Part shown: one piece after another, positions 19,820 to 29,362 of the stretch | Numbering within the stretch: position 1 is the first letter of the stretch | How the letters are laid out: every line of letters begins with the position of its first letter | NCBI GenBank assembly: GCA_963667845.2 | Contig: CAXXVL010000002.1 | Coordinates: forward strand, 1,312,001 to 1,376,000 | Length of the DNA: 64,000 bases | From: Smithellaceae bacterium | GTDB taxonomy: Bacteria > Desulfobacterota > Syntrophia > Syntrophales > Smithellaceae | Direction: 5' to 3' | Program-made: the position numbers and the translations under genes | Notes under the pieces: generated by a model | Database searches by the model: none | The model's input: only the letters and a program-made list of their open reading frames with translations | Told to the model about the DNA's origin: nothing

Positions 19820-20230
19820 GTGGCCGATATTTTCATCTCCTACTCAAAAAATGATGCCGTGAAGGTGGGGAGGCTCGTGGAAGCCTTGAAGGCAAGGGGC
19901 GCCAGTTTGTGGTTTGATGATGAGCAGATCCTGCCCGGCGATGACATGATCCGGAAGATGTCTGAGGGTATTTCCCGGTGCCGTTATTACGTAATCTGTT
20001 TGAGCCCGTCTTTTGAAAAAAGGCCGCCGACGTCGTGGGTCAAGAAAGAATTCAAAATGGCGATGATGAAAGAAAACAAGGAAGGCAGGCAGTGCATCAT
20101 TCCGGTACGTATCAAGAAGGGCGGAGCGATCCCGCATGAAATCGGGGAGAAAGCGTATGCGGATCTGACCACGGCCAAAAGGTGGACGAAGAACTTTCCC
20201 AAATTATGCAAATCCCTCGGAATTGCGTAA
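19820..20230 (+). CDS. Stand-alone TIR-domain protein
   Basis: DIFISYS, WFD...I.PGD, WVKKE (catalytic Glu position), IIPV. Confidence 0.9.
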   Translation: MADIFISYSKNDAVKVGRLVEALKARGASLWFDDEQILPGDDMIRKMSEGISRCRYYVICLSPSFEKRPPTSWVKKEFKMAMMKENKEGRQCIIPVRIKKGGAIPHEIGEKAYADLTTAKRWTKNFPKLCKSLGIA

Positions 20231-20305
20231 AGAGAAGAAGGCGCGAATCAATCGACTCGGGATGTTCACCGTCGATGCCTGCATAACTTATCAAGTGAGG
20301 TGGAA

Positions 20306-20875
20306 ATGACATCGCATAATGCGGCGCTACTCATTATTGATGTACAAAAGGCGATCGATCATCCGAGTTGGGGAAGGCGAAACAACCCGCAGGCGGAAGA
20401 GAACATCGGGCGCCTGCTTGCCGCATGGCGTCACGCCGGGAAAACAATCATCCATGTAAGTCATATCTCCCGAGAGCCTGCGTCCACATATCGACCCGGT
20501 CAGGAAGGATGCGAATTCAAGCCGGAGGTGCAGCCCAGGGACGACGAGCACATTCTCGTTAAACATACAAATAATGCGTTTGTCGGCACGGACCTGGACG
20601 TATTGCTCCGCAGACGGGGCATCTTTACACTGGTGATCTGCGGTGTCATTACGAACAACTCGGTTGAGGCCACCGCACGGATGGCCGGCGATCTGGGTTT
20701 AGAAACCTATGTGGTATCGGATGCCACAGCCACCTTCGACAAGGTTGATTATTCGGGAAAGCCCCGCACAGCCGAAGAAGTGCACGCCATGTCGCTTGCC
20801 AACCTGCAGGGCGAGTACGCAGCCATCCTCTCAACGGAGGAGATCATCAATCTGTTTGCGAAAAATGTGAGTTAA
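20306..20875 (+). CDS. Isochorismatase/nicotinamidase-family cysteine hydrolase
   Basis: LLIIDVQ, KHTNNAF, VSDATATF; TNNSVEAT has Ser at the usual Cys position. Confidence 0.88.
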   Translation: MTSHNAALLIIDVQKAIDHPSWGRRNNPQAEENIGRLLAAWRHAGKTIIHVSHISREPASTYRPGQEGCEFKPEVQPRDDEHILVKHTNNAFVGTDLDVLLRRRGIFTLVICGVITNNSVEATARMAGDLGLETYVVSDATATFDKVDYSGKPRTAEEVHAMSLANLQGEYAAILSTEEIINLFAKNVS

Positions 20876-21073
20876 TCGGCCAGGTCGGCGGATCCCCGGC
20901 TGTCGCCGGGAGAAGCGACGCATTAGAAGCTACAAAGTTTTTTATTGTAGCAGGCCCGTATTTATTCTATTGTAATATCCAGACTCAGATTGCCGAATGA
21001 TTAGAACTGCGGGTGACGAACGCGCCCCCGGGTTTGCGCCGCGGCGCAAAATTAAGATTCAGGAGAAAATACA

Positions 21074-21532
21074 ATGAACGGCATCCCGACTCAAACTTTT
21101 GTGGAGATATTGCTTTTGGTCCCCACGGCCCTCTGCGCCGGTTTTGTCGTCTTTATTGCCGGGGTCATTCAGTCGGTCATGAATGATCTGGATGAAGCCG
21201 CGTTCAAAAATTTTCTGACGCTGCTGCACACGCGCGCCCTGAAATCACCTTACGCGATCGGCGTATCCAGCATTACGTTTCTCGGCATGATCCCTTATTT
21301 CATCTTTTATGGTGTCAGCAACCGCTGGTTTACGGCGGGACTCGTTATGTGGGTGGTTGCCTCGATCGTTTCCAAGGCCACCGCTCTTCCGATCTATGCG
21401 AAAGTTGACGCCACTTCCGCAAGCGATGTAGCCCTGCTCAAGGAGGAGCGCCGGAAACTGCGCACCGCCAATATCGTGCGCGCATCGCTCAGCCTTGCAT
21501 CTGTCGTGCTCATGGTGATTGGTTTCATTTAG
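21074..21532 (+). CDS. Membrane protein (DUF1772/anthrone oxygenase-like)
   Basis: Four hydrophobic segments, C-terminal N.VR; AGGAG RBS. Confidence 0.65.
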   Translation: MNGIPTQTFVEILLLVPTALCAGFVVFIAGVIQSVMNDLDEAAFKNFLTLLHTRALKSPYAIGVSSITFLGMIPYFIFYGVSNRWFTAGLVMWVVASIVSKATALPIYAKVDATSASDVALLKEERRKLRTANIVRASLSLASVVLMVIGFI

Positions 21533-21637
21533 CAGATGCCGATTCCTGCATTCGGATACAAAAATAGAAATCTATCGTCAAGAGCAGGAAATTTATTTTG
21601 CCGGTATTCATTAATTTCCCAATTGGGGTTTACAGAC

Positions 21638-22359
21638 ATGATCGAAAATATTGATAATCGCAGTACTTTGTTCGTCCATTTGCGGGCGCTTGCGCGCCGC
21701 CAGCCTTCTGCATTCCTTCTTGCCGCCCAGCTGGCGAGTCTGGCACTCTACGCGGTATTTGAAGGAGTTCCGGGCGGGCGGGTTCTGCTCGGTGCTTTCG
21801 GAACGCTGGTTCTCGTGCTGGTGGTCTGGGTCGTCATCCGCAGCCCCGCCATCTCCTGGATTGGATGTATCCTCGCGGCCCTGGCACTTGTGCTGTCAGG
21901 GCTATCCTGGCTGTTTGTCAGTCCCAGCCTGGTGATCTGGGCGGCGCTCCTGGAGGCGGCGTTGTATCTATACGGAGCAGGCGGTCTGATCACCTATATG
22001 ATGAGGGATGAGCGGGTGACGATCGATGAGCTGTTTGCCGCGGGCGCCACGTTCACGCTGCTCGCCTGGGGATTTGCTTATCTGTATACGGCCTGCCAGG
22101 TGTGGTCTCCGGTATCTTTTGCCGGCGGGGCCCACCCGACTGTGGGGCCGCGAACGTTCATCGAGATGCTGTTTCGAGCTTTACGAATCTTTCGGCAACG
22201 GGCCTCAGCGATATCCTGCCGATCACGCCGCCGGCGCGGGCACTCGTGATGCTGGAGCAATTCGCCGGAGTTGCTTACATCGCCGTCGTTGTTTCAAGGC
22301 TCATTGGCCTGACGATCGTCCGTCAGCGGGACAGGGAAGACCCTGACGCCTGTGCCTGA
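21638..22359 (+). pseudogene. Ion channel (Ion_trans_2) gene split by a 1-bp frameshift near 22175
   Basis: First frame ends ...FIEMLF; a second frame continues SFTNLSATGLSDILPITPPARALVMLEQFAG (pore helix, filter, inner helix). Confidence 0.8.
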
Positions 22360-22438
22360 CGGCAGTCAACGGCCGCTCTTGTCAATTGCGGCATCCGTCA
22401 TAAAAACGAATTATCACCGGGCTCAAAAGGGGAATGTG

Positions 22439-23767
22439 ATGTCTCATGAGAAATCAATTCTTGCCAATCCGGATTTGGGAACCGAACTGACCTACTTCAA
22501 CCGGTCGCGCCGGGAGTTTCTGAAACTTGGCGGCCTGGCTGTTGCCGGCCTTATTCTGCCGAATGAACTCTGGGCAGGGTCGAATAAGGGCGCCGCGGCG
22601 CAATCCGTAAAGACAGAACGCGCCGTTGCCCTGGCTCTGGAAGACGCCGGCGTTAAGGTCGCCACGCATGTTCCGGCAACGGGCGCCACGGCCATCTTTG
22701 ATGCTTACAACGAACTCACCCATACAGTACCTTCCTATGCCTTCAATGAAGAGACGGCTTATACCATCGCCCATGGTGCGGCCCTGGCGGGTGTCCGGTC
22801 GGCGGCTGTGCTGAAATCACACGGTCTGGCCAAGGCGGCAAACAGTGTGGTCGATTCTTTGACGCTCGGAACGACTGCGGGTTTTGTCGTTATTGCGCTC
22901 GACGATCCCCTGGGGACGCACTCCGACAATATTTTCGGCCTGGAGGAATTTCTGATCGGAACGGGCATTCCCTTTAAGAAGGCGGGAAGCGCCACGATCT
23001 ACAAAGATGTCCTGGAATGTTTTCTCTGGTCGGAGAAACTCACAATCCCCGTCGTTCTGTTTGTCGATTCCAAGCTGATCAGCCAAAATACGACAACTCT
23101 GCGTAAGCGTCTTTATTCCCCGGAAACAAAATACAAGCGTGATCCGCTGCGCCATGTGCTGTGCCCGCCGCTCGCACCTTATCAGCGCAAAGTCCTTGAG
23201 GCGAAACTGGCCGGAAAGAATTGGCGGGAAATTCCCCCGCCCAGCCTCCCGCCTGTTCCGCAGGGTCTGCCACCCGCCTGGCGAAAGGCGGCAGCGCAGT
23301 TTGTTCCCGTCTTTGAAGTGTTTCAGGAGCTCAGGCCGCAGATTCCTTTTGCCGGTGGAGACACCGGGTTATCTTCTCTTTTTGCCTTTGCTCCTTTTGC
23401 CTGCGTCGACGCGTGCAGTTGTTACGGCGGCAGTCTCCCGCTGGCGATCGGCTTCCAGGCTGCCGGTGGAGGAAAAGCCTGGGCCGTAACAGGCGATTAT
23501 GCCTTTCTGGCCGCGGGCCACATGGGATTGCTCGAGGCGCTTTCCCGGCGGATTCCCTTAAAGGTGCTGATCATGGACAATGGCCGCGCGATGGCCACGG
23601 GCGGCCAGCCGGTTGCCGCTGGCGTTTTTGAGCAGGTGCTCTCCGGCTGGGCCCCGTATGTGAGCCGGATTGAAAATCCCCAGGACAAACCCGCTGTGCG
23701 GGGCGTATTCAGCCGTGCCATCGGGTCGGACCGGATTGAAATCGTGTCCGTCCGGTTTCGTGCCTGA
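22439..23767 (+). CDS. IorA-like TPP-binding protein with a Tat-type signal and no ferredoxin domain
   Basis: SRREFLK signal; FNEETA; TPP motif GDYAF...MDNGRAMATGGQP. Confidence 0.8.
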   Translation: MSHEKSILANPDLGTELTYFNRSRREFLKLGGLAVAGLILPNELWAGSNKGAAAQSVKTERAVALALEDAGVKVATHVPATGATAIFDAYNELTHTVPSYAFNEETAYTIAHGAALAGVRSAAVLKSHGLAKAANSVVDSLTLGTTAGFVVIALDDPLGTHSDNIFGLEEFLIGTGIPFKKAGSATIYKDVLECFLWSEKLTIPVVLFVDSKLISQNTTTLRKRLYSPETKYKRDPLRHVLCPPLAPYQRKVLEAKLAGKNWREIPPPSLPPVPQGLPPAWRKAAAQFVPVFEVFQELRPQIPFAGGDTGLSSLFAFAPFACVDACSCYGGSLPLAIGFQAAGGGKAWAVTGDYAFLAAGHMGLLEALSRRIPLKVLIMDNGRAMATGGQPVAAGVFEQVLSGWAPYVSRIENPQDKPAVRGVFSRAIGSDRIEIVSVRFRA

Positions 23768-24022
23768 ATTTAACCCCGGAGAGTGGAAGTTATAAAATAC
23801 AAGGTCCTTTTTCTTTGTTTTTGCGGCGCTGGCTGCAACAACGCGGGAGAGGCGCCTCCGGAGTATCGCGGGCTTTTTACAAGCGTTTCATAATCCGAGA
23901 TTGTGTCCGCGCCGGATGCCCGAAAATAGATGAGGACGGTCCATTGATGCTGAGCAGTTTTTGTATTGACAAACAGGTCCATCTCCTGGAAGGTGGCGCG
24001 GATTAAATGATAAGGAGCAGCA

Positions 24023-24502
24023 ATGAATATATCAGACACACAAATCGTGGAAATTGCGCAGCATGCTTTTACGCGGATGGACGGGGCCTGGTTTCTGGCG
24101 CTGGCGAAAAAGTTCGGCATTAAGATGGCCTGGGAAATGGACGTAGAAGCCTGGAAACAATTTTCGTATGTTTTCGGGAAAAATCTCCGAAAGAATTATA
24201 TTTCAAATCCCGTTTGGCCAGAAAGCTTTCTCGTTGCACTGGATATTTTCAGCCGCGTCTTGAGAATCGAAGGCCGGGAAGTTTCGCTGAGCGGCGATCA
24301 GATAACAGTCCGCATTACGGATTGTGAAACTCAGAAGGCGATTGCCAAAGCGGGCGTCGCCGACTGCGGCATCGTCACCATACAATCTTACGAAGGGATC
24401 ATCGGCGGTCTGTTCGGCGGCGACGTTAGCGTCCACGTGGCCCATACGAAAAACCTGAACCACGGCGATGAGTGCTGTGAAGTCATCATTACCAGAAAGT
24501 GA
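24023..24502 (+). CDS. DUF6125-like protein (Cys-containing V4R-like ligand-binding fold)
   Basis: DGAWFLA, C..Q...C, C-terminal CCE; AAGGAG RBS. Confidence 0.65.
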   Translation: MNISDTQIVEIAQHAFTRMDGAWFLALAKKFGIKMAWEMDVEAWKQFSYVFGKNLRKNYISNPVWPESFLVALDIFSRVLRIEGREVSLSGDQITVRITDCETQKAIAKAGVADCGIVTIQSYEGIIGGLFGGDVSVHVAHTKNLNHGDECCEVIITRK

Positions 24503-24573
24503 ACAAAAACCGAGGGCCGGATGCCCGAATTCAAGCTCCGGGCCGGTTCATCATTTCTTAAAGGAGGATCGTA

Positions 24574-25161
24574 ATGAGAAAAGGATTTATCGTATTCGTT
24601 GTGTTGATGATGGTGCTGTCGGTTGCAAGTCAGGGGTCGGCTGAGGTCAAAAAGCCTGCGGTTGCCCGATCGGTCTATTCGCAGATGGATGCCAATGGGG
24701 ATCATGTGATTACCGTGACGGAACATGCGGCCTTCTGGCAGGGTCGTTTCAAGGAAATCGACACCAACAAGGACGGCAAAGTATCAGCGGCGGAATTCAA
24801 TGCAGCAACCAAAGCTTTCTTCGGGGAAATGGATACGGACAAAAACGGCGTGCTGGTTGCCAAAGAATATGTTGCCGTCTGGTGCGGGCCGAAGGCCGTG
24901 TATTCCGATAAAGTCAAGGCAAAACAAACGAAAAAACTGGATGCCGATCAAAACGGCATAATCGGCGATGACGAATGTATTGCCTTCTGGGCTGCAAACT
25001 TCTTCGACATGGATTCGAACCATGACGGAAAAGTGACTCTGGAAGAATTCATGGCGGCCATGACCAAGCGGTTCAATGAAATTGATAAAAACAAGGATGG
25101 ATTTCTTTCCATTGAAGAACATGCTCTATTCGTTCCCGGCGTCGTGCAGGCCAAGAAATAA
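24574..25161 (+). CDS. Secreted multi-EF-hand protein
   Basis: Signal peptide plus six DxNxDG-like loops. Confidence 0.88.
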   Translation: MRKGFIVFVVLMMVLSVASQGSAEVKKPAVARSVYSQMDANGDHVITVTEHAAFWQGRFKEIDTNKDGKVSAAEFNAATKAFFGEMDTDKNGVLVAKEYVAVWCGPKAVYSDKVKAKQTKKLDADQNGIIGDDECIAFWAANFFDMDSNHDGKVTLEEFMAAMTKRFNEIDKNKDGFLSIEEHALFVPGVVQAKK

Positions 25162-25232
25162 GTGAAATGGAACCGGCAGACCTCTGCGACTCGCGCGCAC
25201 ATTGGCGCAGTTGAGAGGGAAAGCAAATTTAA

Positions 25233-25264
25233 AAGAGGGCGGAATTTTCCGCCCTCTTGTTTTT
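25233..25264. terminator. Terminator hairpin between convergent genes
   Basis: AAGAGGGCGGAA-TTTTCCGCCCTCTT followed by GTTTTT. Confidence 0.65.
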
Positions 25265-25331
25265 GTGGTGGGTGGGCAGCCGGAAAGACGGGCTGTTGCC
25301 CAGCCTTGCAGCAGCTTTGTTGATATCCGTC

Positions 25332-25745
25332 TCAGCCGCAAGTTGTGTTCTTTCTTTCATCAAAGACATCTTTGGCGGCGGATAACCCGTTCAGGGCGGC
25401 GGGAAATCCCGCATAAACGGCCATCTGCATCATGACTTCCACAATTTCCTGCCGGCTGCAGCCGACATTTAACGCACCGTGAATATGCACTTTCAATTGC
25501 GGGGCGGCATTTCCCAGGGCGGTTAAGGCGGCGACCACGGCTATTTCCCTTGATTTCAGGTCCAGGCCCGGTCTCGAATAAATGTCTCCGAAAGGGAATT
25601 CAATCAGCAATCGCGCAAACTCCGGCGCAATGTCTTTAAGGCTCTCTATGACCCGCTCGCCGGCCGCGCCGTCAATCTCTTTAAGCTTTTCCCAGCCTCT
25701 TTGATAACGGTCATTTTCTTTCATCTCATCCACCACCGCTTTCAT
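25332..25745 (-). CDS. Carboxymuconolactone decarboxylase family protein
   Basis: [26 protein letters not shown]. Confidence 0.92.
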   Translation of the reverse strand: MKAVVDEMKENDRYQRGWEKLKEIDGAAGERVIESLKDIAPEFARLLIEFPFGDIYSRPGLDLKSREIAVVAALTALGNAAPQLKVHIHGALNVGCSRQEIVEVMMQMAVYAGFPAALNGLSAAKDVFDERKNTTCG

Positions 25746-25776
25746 TCAACATCGACGACTCCATTTCACAGGACGG

Positions 25777-26379
25777 CTAAACGTTTTGGGTGCCTTCGGC
25801 GGCTTTCCGCAGATTACTGAATGCTTGGGTCAGCTCTGCGATTTGGTAACTGGCATTGAGGCCGCTGGGGTTCGGCAGCACCCAAATGCCGGCCGTTCCC
25901 ATTCGCTCAGTCTGAGGTCCGAAGACCGCCCGGGGACGCCCGAATGCCGTTCGGTAGGCGCCGATGCCGAGCAGGGCAATCCATCGTGGCGAGTAACGCA
26001 CCACTTTGCGTTCGAGGAGGCGCCGGCCATGAATCAGGTCAGCTTTCGTGAGCTCATCAGCACCAGCCGTCGCTTGGGCGACCAGGTTGGTAATGCCGAT
26101 ATGGCGGAGCAGGAGAAGGGCGCCTTCCCACGGCGCCAAAAGCCGCTCGGTAAAGCCGGAATCATGAAGGGCTCGCCAGAAGCGGTTTCCCGGCCGCGCG
26201 AAATGATAACCGACGGCGGCGGAATAGAGACCCGGATTAATTCCGCAGAACAGAACGATGAGGCCGGGCGCGATAACATCGGGCACTTTTTTGTTTGATG
26301 CCTGGCGAATTTCCTCGCGCGTCGGACGACGCGGAATTCCCTTACCCTGTCTCATGCTTTTGGCCGCCGATCTGGTCAT
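25777..26379 (-). CDS. mug: G/U mismatch-specific DNA glycosylase
   Basis: GINPG, FARPGNRFW, LPNPSGLN. Confidence 0.93.
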   Translation of the reverse strand: MTRSAAKSMRQGKGIPRRPTREEIRQASNKKVPDVIAPGLIVLFCGINPGLYSAAVGYHFARPGNRFWRALHDSGFTERLLAPWEGALLLLRHIGITNLVAQATAGADELTKADLIHGRRLLERKVVRYSPRWIALLGIGAYRTAFGRPRAVFGPQTERMGTAGIWVLPNPSGLNASYQIAELTQAFSNLRKAAEGTQNV

Positions 26380-26557
26380 TTCAACAATCCTATCTGATTT
26401 CGCAGGTGATGATTAACGGCACAGCCGGAAACGCCGTCGCTGCAATTTTCTAAAGAGGTTAATCAACCATCTCGCAGCACGCTGTCGAGATATGAAATGA
26501 ACTTCATTGTTTCGCAGCAAGCGACAAGGAATTAACGCTCGTCCCGCTTAAGCGGGA

Positions 26558-27334
26558 TTAAATTCCGGCGTACCACTCGTATCCCCTGTCCTCCCAGAAG
26601 CCTCCCCTCCCGCCGGCAATCCCGGACAGATCATCGACGGCGTGAAGACGCATAACATACTTTGCCATTTTGTAACCGAGCTGCCGCTCCACACGCAGCC
26701 GAATCGGCGCGCCGTTTTTAATCGGCACCGGGTTGTCGTTCAAGTCATAGGCCAGGATCGTCTGCGGATGAAAGGCGTCTTCCAGATCGATGCTTTCATA
26801 GTAAGGCGCGCTGCCGTCTTCCTCCATGGGGTCGGCGCAGTAGAAAATAATAAAGCGGACATTGGGTTTCAGGTGCACCGTTTCGAGGAGCGCACTCAGG
26901 CGCGCTCCTTTCCACTTGCCGATGACGCTCCAGCCCTCGACGCAGTCATGGCGCGTGATCTGGGTGCGGCCCGGCAGCGTCCGCAGGTCGGCAAGTGAAA
27001 ACGACAGAGGCCGTTCCACCAGGCCCCCGACCTGCAGGCGATAGTCCTTGAACCCGCCGGCTGCCAGTGCTGCATAGTCCGGATTGTTCGGCATAGCCGT
27101 CCCGTTGCTGCGGAATTGCGGCGAAAGGTCGGCCTCGGAAAATTCCTGGGCCATCGCTTTTCGGGGCACTACGAGCCGCTGAGCTTTGTACGTCGCCTTT
27201 TCGCCCAGGCCCAGCACCTTGGGAAACCAGGTGGTTTCCGATAGTTTTTCACAGCCGCCAAGCGCCACGGCGCCCGCCCCGGCGAGCAGGCGCGCCACGA
27301 GACTGCGCCGGTTGAGCTTGCCGTCATCATTCAT
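26558..27334 (-). CDS. Sulfite-oxidase-family molybdopterin oxidoreductase (MsrP/YedY-like), Tat-exported
   Basis: NRR signal, RHDCVEGW, GAPIRL...GYKMAK. Confidence 0.9.
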   Translation of the reverse strand: MNDDGKLNRRSLVARLLAGAGAVALGGCEKLSETTWFPKVLGLGEKATYKAQRLVVPRKAMAQEFSEADLSPQFRSNGTAMPNNPDYAALAAGGFKDYRLQVGGLVERPLSFSLADLRTLPGRTQITRHDCVEGWSVIGKWKGARLSALLETVHLKPNVRFIIFYCADPMEEDGSAPYYESIDLEDAFHPQTILAYDLNDNPVPIKNGAPIRLRVERQLGYKMAKYVMRLHAVDDLSGIAGGRGGFWEDRGYEWYAGI

Positions 27335-28223
27335 GATCCGCCTCCGGCTTGACCTTATAGTAACCCGTAATCATCGACCGCAGGTTGTTCCAGAAACCTG
27401 TCGTTGCGACCATAAACACATGGACGACTACAAACAGCACCAGCGCCCAGGCGATCGCAAAATGAAGCGTCCTCACGGATTGCCGGCCGAAAAAGATATC
27501 CACCCAGCCGCGGATGAGTGCATCCAACGCCGGCGACATGCCAAGCCCCATCAGGAGCATCAGGGGGATGAGGAAAAAGATCACTCCCAGGTAGGCGCAT
27601 TTCTGCAGGACGTTGTAATGTGTGGAAGCTTCACCCGCCGGATGCCGGAACCGCAGATGATCGATGATCGTTTTGCCGATCGAGCGCCAATCTTTTTTCG
27701 TCGGGACCAGATCCCGGGACAAGTGCCTGCTGCCTGCGGCATAGGACACAAAACCGAGACCATTGATCACGAACAGCCAGGCGGCAAAAAAATGCCAGCG
27801 GCGCGCCATGGCCAGCCATTGACCGGAAGGCAGGGTCATCCAGGACGGAAAGGCCCGGTCGGCTAATTCACCGGACGCGTCTCGGGAGGCGCCCAGGACG
27901 CCGGTCGTATCAAACTCGCGGCCAAAGATGCGCGTGTAGCCGGAAATATCGCCTTCATCATTTTCCCGGCTCCCGATTTCCATTATTGGCGGCCGGCCCG
28001 TGTAAGAGGACTTGCCCCAGTAGAGCGCCTGATGCGCTTCGAAAATATTGAGTCCGCTCATCAGGAGTACCGTCACGAAGACAACGTTCAGCCAATGCAT
28101 GATCCGGACAGGCCGGGGGTGCCTGTAATACGAATAGGCAAGGGGACCGGCGCAGTTCCGTCTCAGCCTTATCTTTCCGAGTCCGCGGCGGATTGTGTCA
28201 ATGATTCGTCTTAAGGTATTCAA
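27327..28223 (-). CDS. Cytochrome b membrane subunit, partner of the Mo enzyme
   Basis: R.MHW, RRWHF, YNVLQK, RTLHF...H heme ligands; overlaps the downstream gene. Confidence 0.88.
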   Translation of the reverse strand: MNTLRRIIDTIRRGLGKIRLRRNCAGPLAYSYYRHPRPVRIMHWLNVVFVTVLLMSGLNIFEAHQALYWGKSSYTGRPPIMEIGSRENDEGDISGYTRIFGREFDTTGVLGASRDASGELADRAFPSWMTLPSGQWLAMARRWHFFAAWLFVINGLGFVSYAAGSRHLSRDLVPTKKDWRSIGKTIIDHLRFRHPAGEASTHYNVLQKCAYLGVIFFLIPLMLLMGLGMSPALDALIRGWVDIFFGRQSVRTLHFAIAWALVLFVVVHVFMVATTGFWNNLRSMITGYYKVKPEADHE

Positions 28224-28242
28224 CTTTTCTTAAACCACCGCC

Positions 28243-28959
28243 TTATTTCCTGGCTGCTTTGGCTACCTCTTCCAAAAGACCTGCTGCCTGATGGTTTGTG
28301 AATTTGGGGTTAATGAGAATATCTGCCGGGCCGTTGATTTTTTCTTTGTAATAAGCCTGGTTCAAACCATCCCGGGTGGCTACCACGGCGCCCTGCAAGG
28401 ATGCACCGCCATAAAGACCTTTCGATCGGGAGAAACTGAGAATATCCCCGCTTAAATTGGCGCTTTGGGCGGAGATCCCCATCCCGACCGGCCCGACGGC
28501 GACATCGGCATCAGCGCCGAACTTGAGGGTGTTCGCCAGAAAAGCATTAATGCCGCGCTCAGTCATTATCACCAGGACGACTTCCGAGGCTTCGCCGCCG
28601 ATCTGCAGCCCGATACTGGCGCCGCCAATGGTATAGAATGCCGGCCCATTCCATTTATTTCCCCCGTCTTTTGTGAGCAGCACGCCATTACCGCCCGACA
28701 GGCCGATTACATAGGCTCCTCTCAATAATTGAGGAATGATGAAGACGCCTTTGGCATCTTTCATCAAATCGCGCATAATCCCCATGTTGGAATCTGTCAT
28801 CAGATTATGGAAGGTGAATTTCGCATTCTCGACCAGCTGCTGTGCATCGGCTTTCTCATCGGCAAACGCCGGCGTCGTCTGCAGAACAATGATTCCGCAG
28901 AGCGTGAGCGCTGTTAAAACCGTCATCGACAGAAAAAAAACCTGCAATCTTTTTTTCAT
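28243..28959 (-). CDS. Ysc84/SYLF lipid-binding domain protein
   Basis: GASIGLQIG, SRSKGLYGGASLQG; signal peptide. Confidence 0.9.
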   Translation of the reverse strand: MKKRLQVFFLSMTVLTALTLCGIIVLQTTPAFADEKADAQQLVENAKFTFHNLMTDSNMGIMRDLMKDAKGVFIIPQLLRGAYVIGLSGGNGVLLTKDGGNKWNGPAFYTIGGASIGLQIGGEASEVVLVIMTERGINAFLANTLKFGADADVAVGPVGMGISAQSANLSGDILSFSRSKGLYGGASLQGAVVATRDGLNQAYYKEKINGPADILINPKFTNHQAAGLLEEVAKAARK

Positions 28960-29362
28960 TTCTTATGTCCCCTTTCATCTCCGAAATTTGAATGATCTTG
29001 CCATGTGATCCTTAAACAATCGCGTGATATTAATTAGTTCATCATGGAGATTCGGCAATAATAATTAAATGATAGAACATTAGGAGGAGAAAGCTATTGA
29101 TAGGTAAATCCGCTTGCCCCCGCGAAAGGGAGGCGGCTGCGAAAAGGCATTGACTTGGATTGAGCACATTATCGAAATCGTTTTACAAGCCCAAGTTTGT
29201 TGGGCGTGACGATTGCAATATGATGCAGGTTTTGGTAAGTATTACCTTACAATCGGACTCGTGAGCTGACCCGGGCAGCCGTGTCGATCGGTTTAAAAGC
29301 ATCGATAAGGAACAGGAGCTTTATCACATCACTTAAGGAGAAACGGAATCATTAAACATCGC

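Noticed and set aside
29100..29340. Possible riboswitch upstream of the histidine kinase
   Set aside because: A GAAA-containing hairpin is present but the conserved c-di-GMP or other aptamer motifs could not be matched
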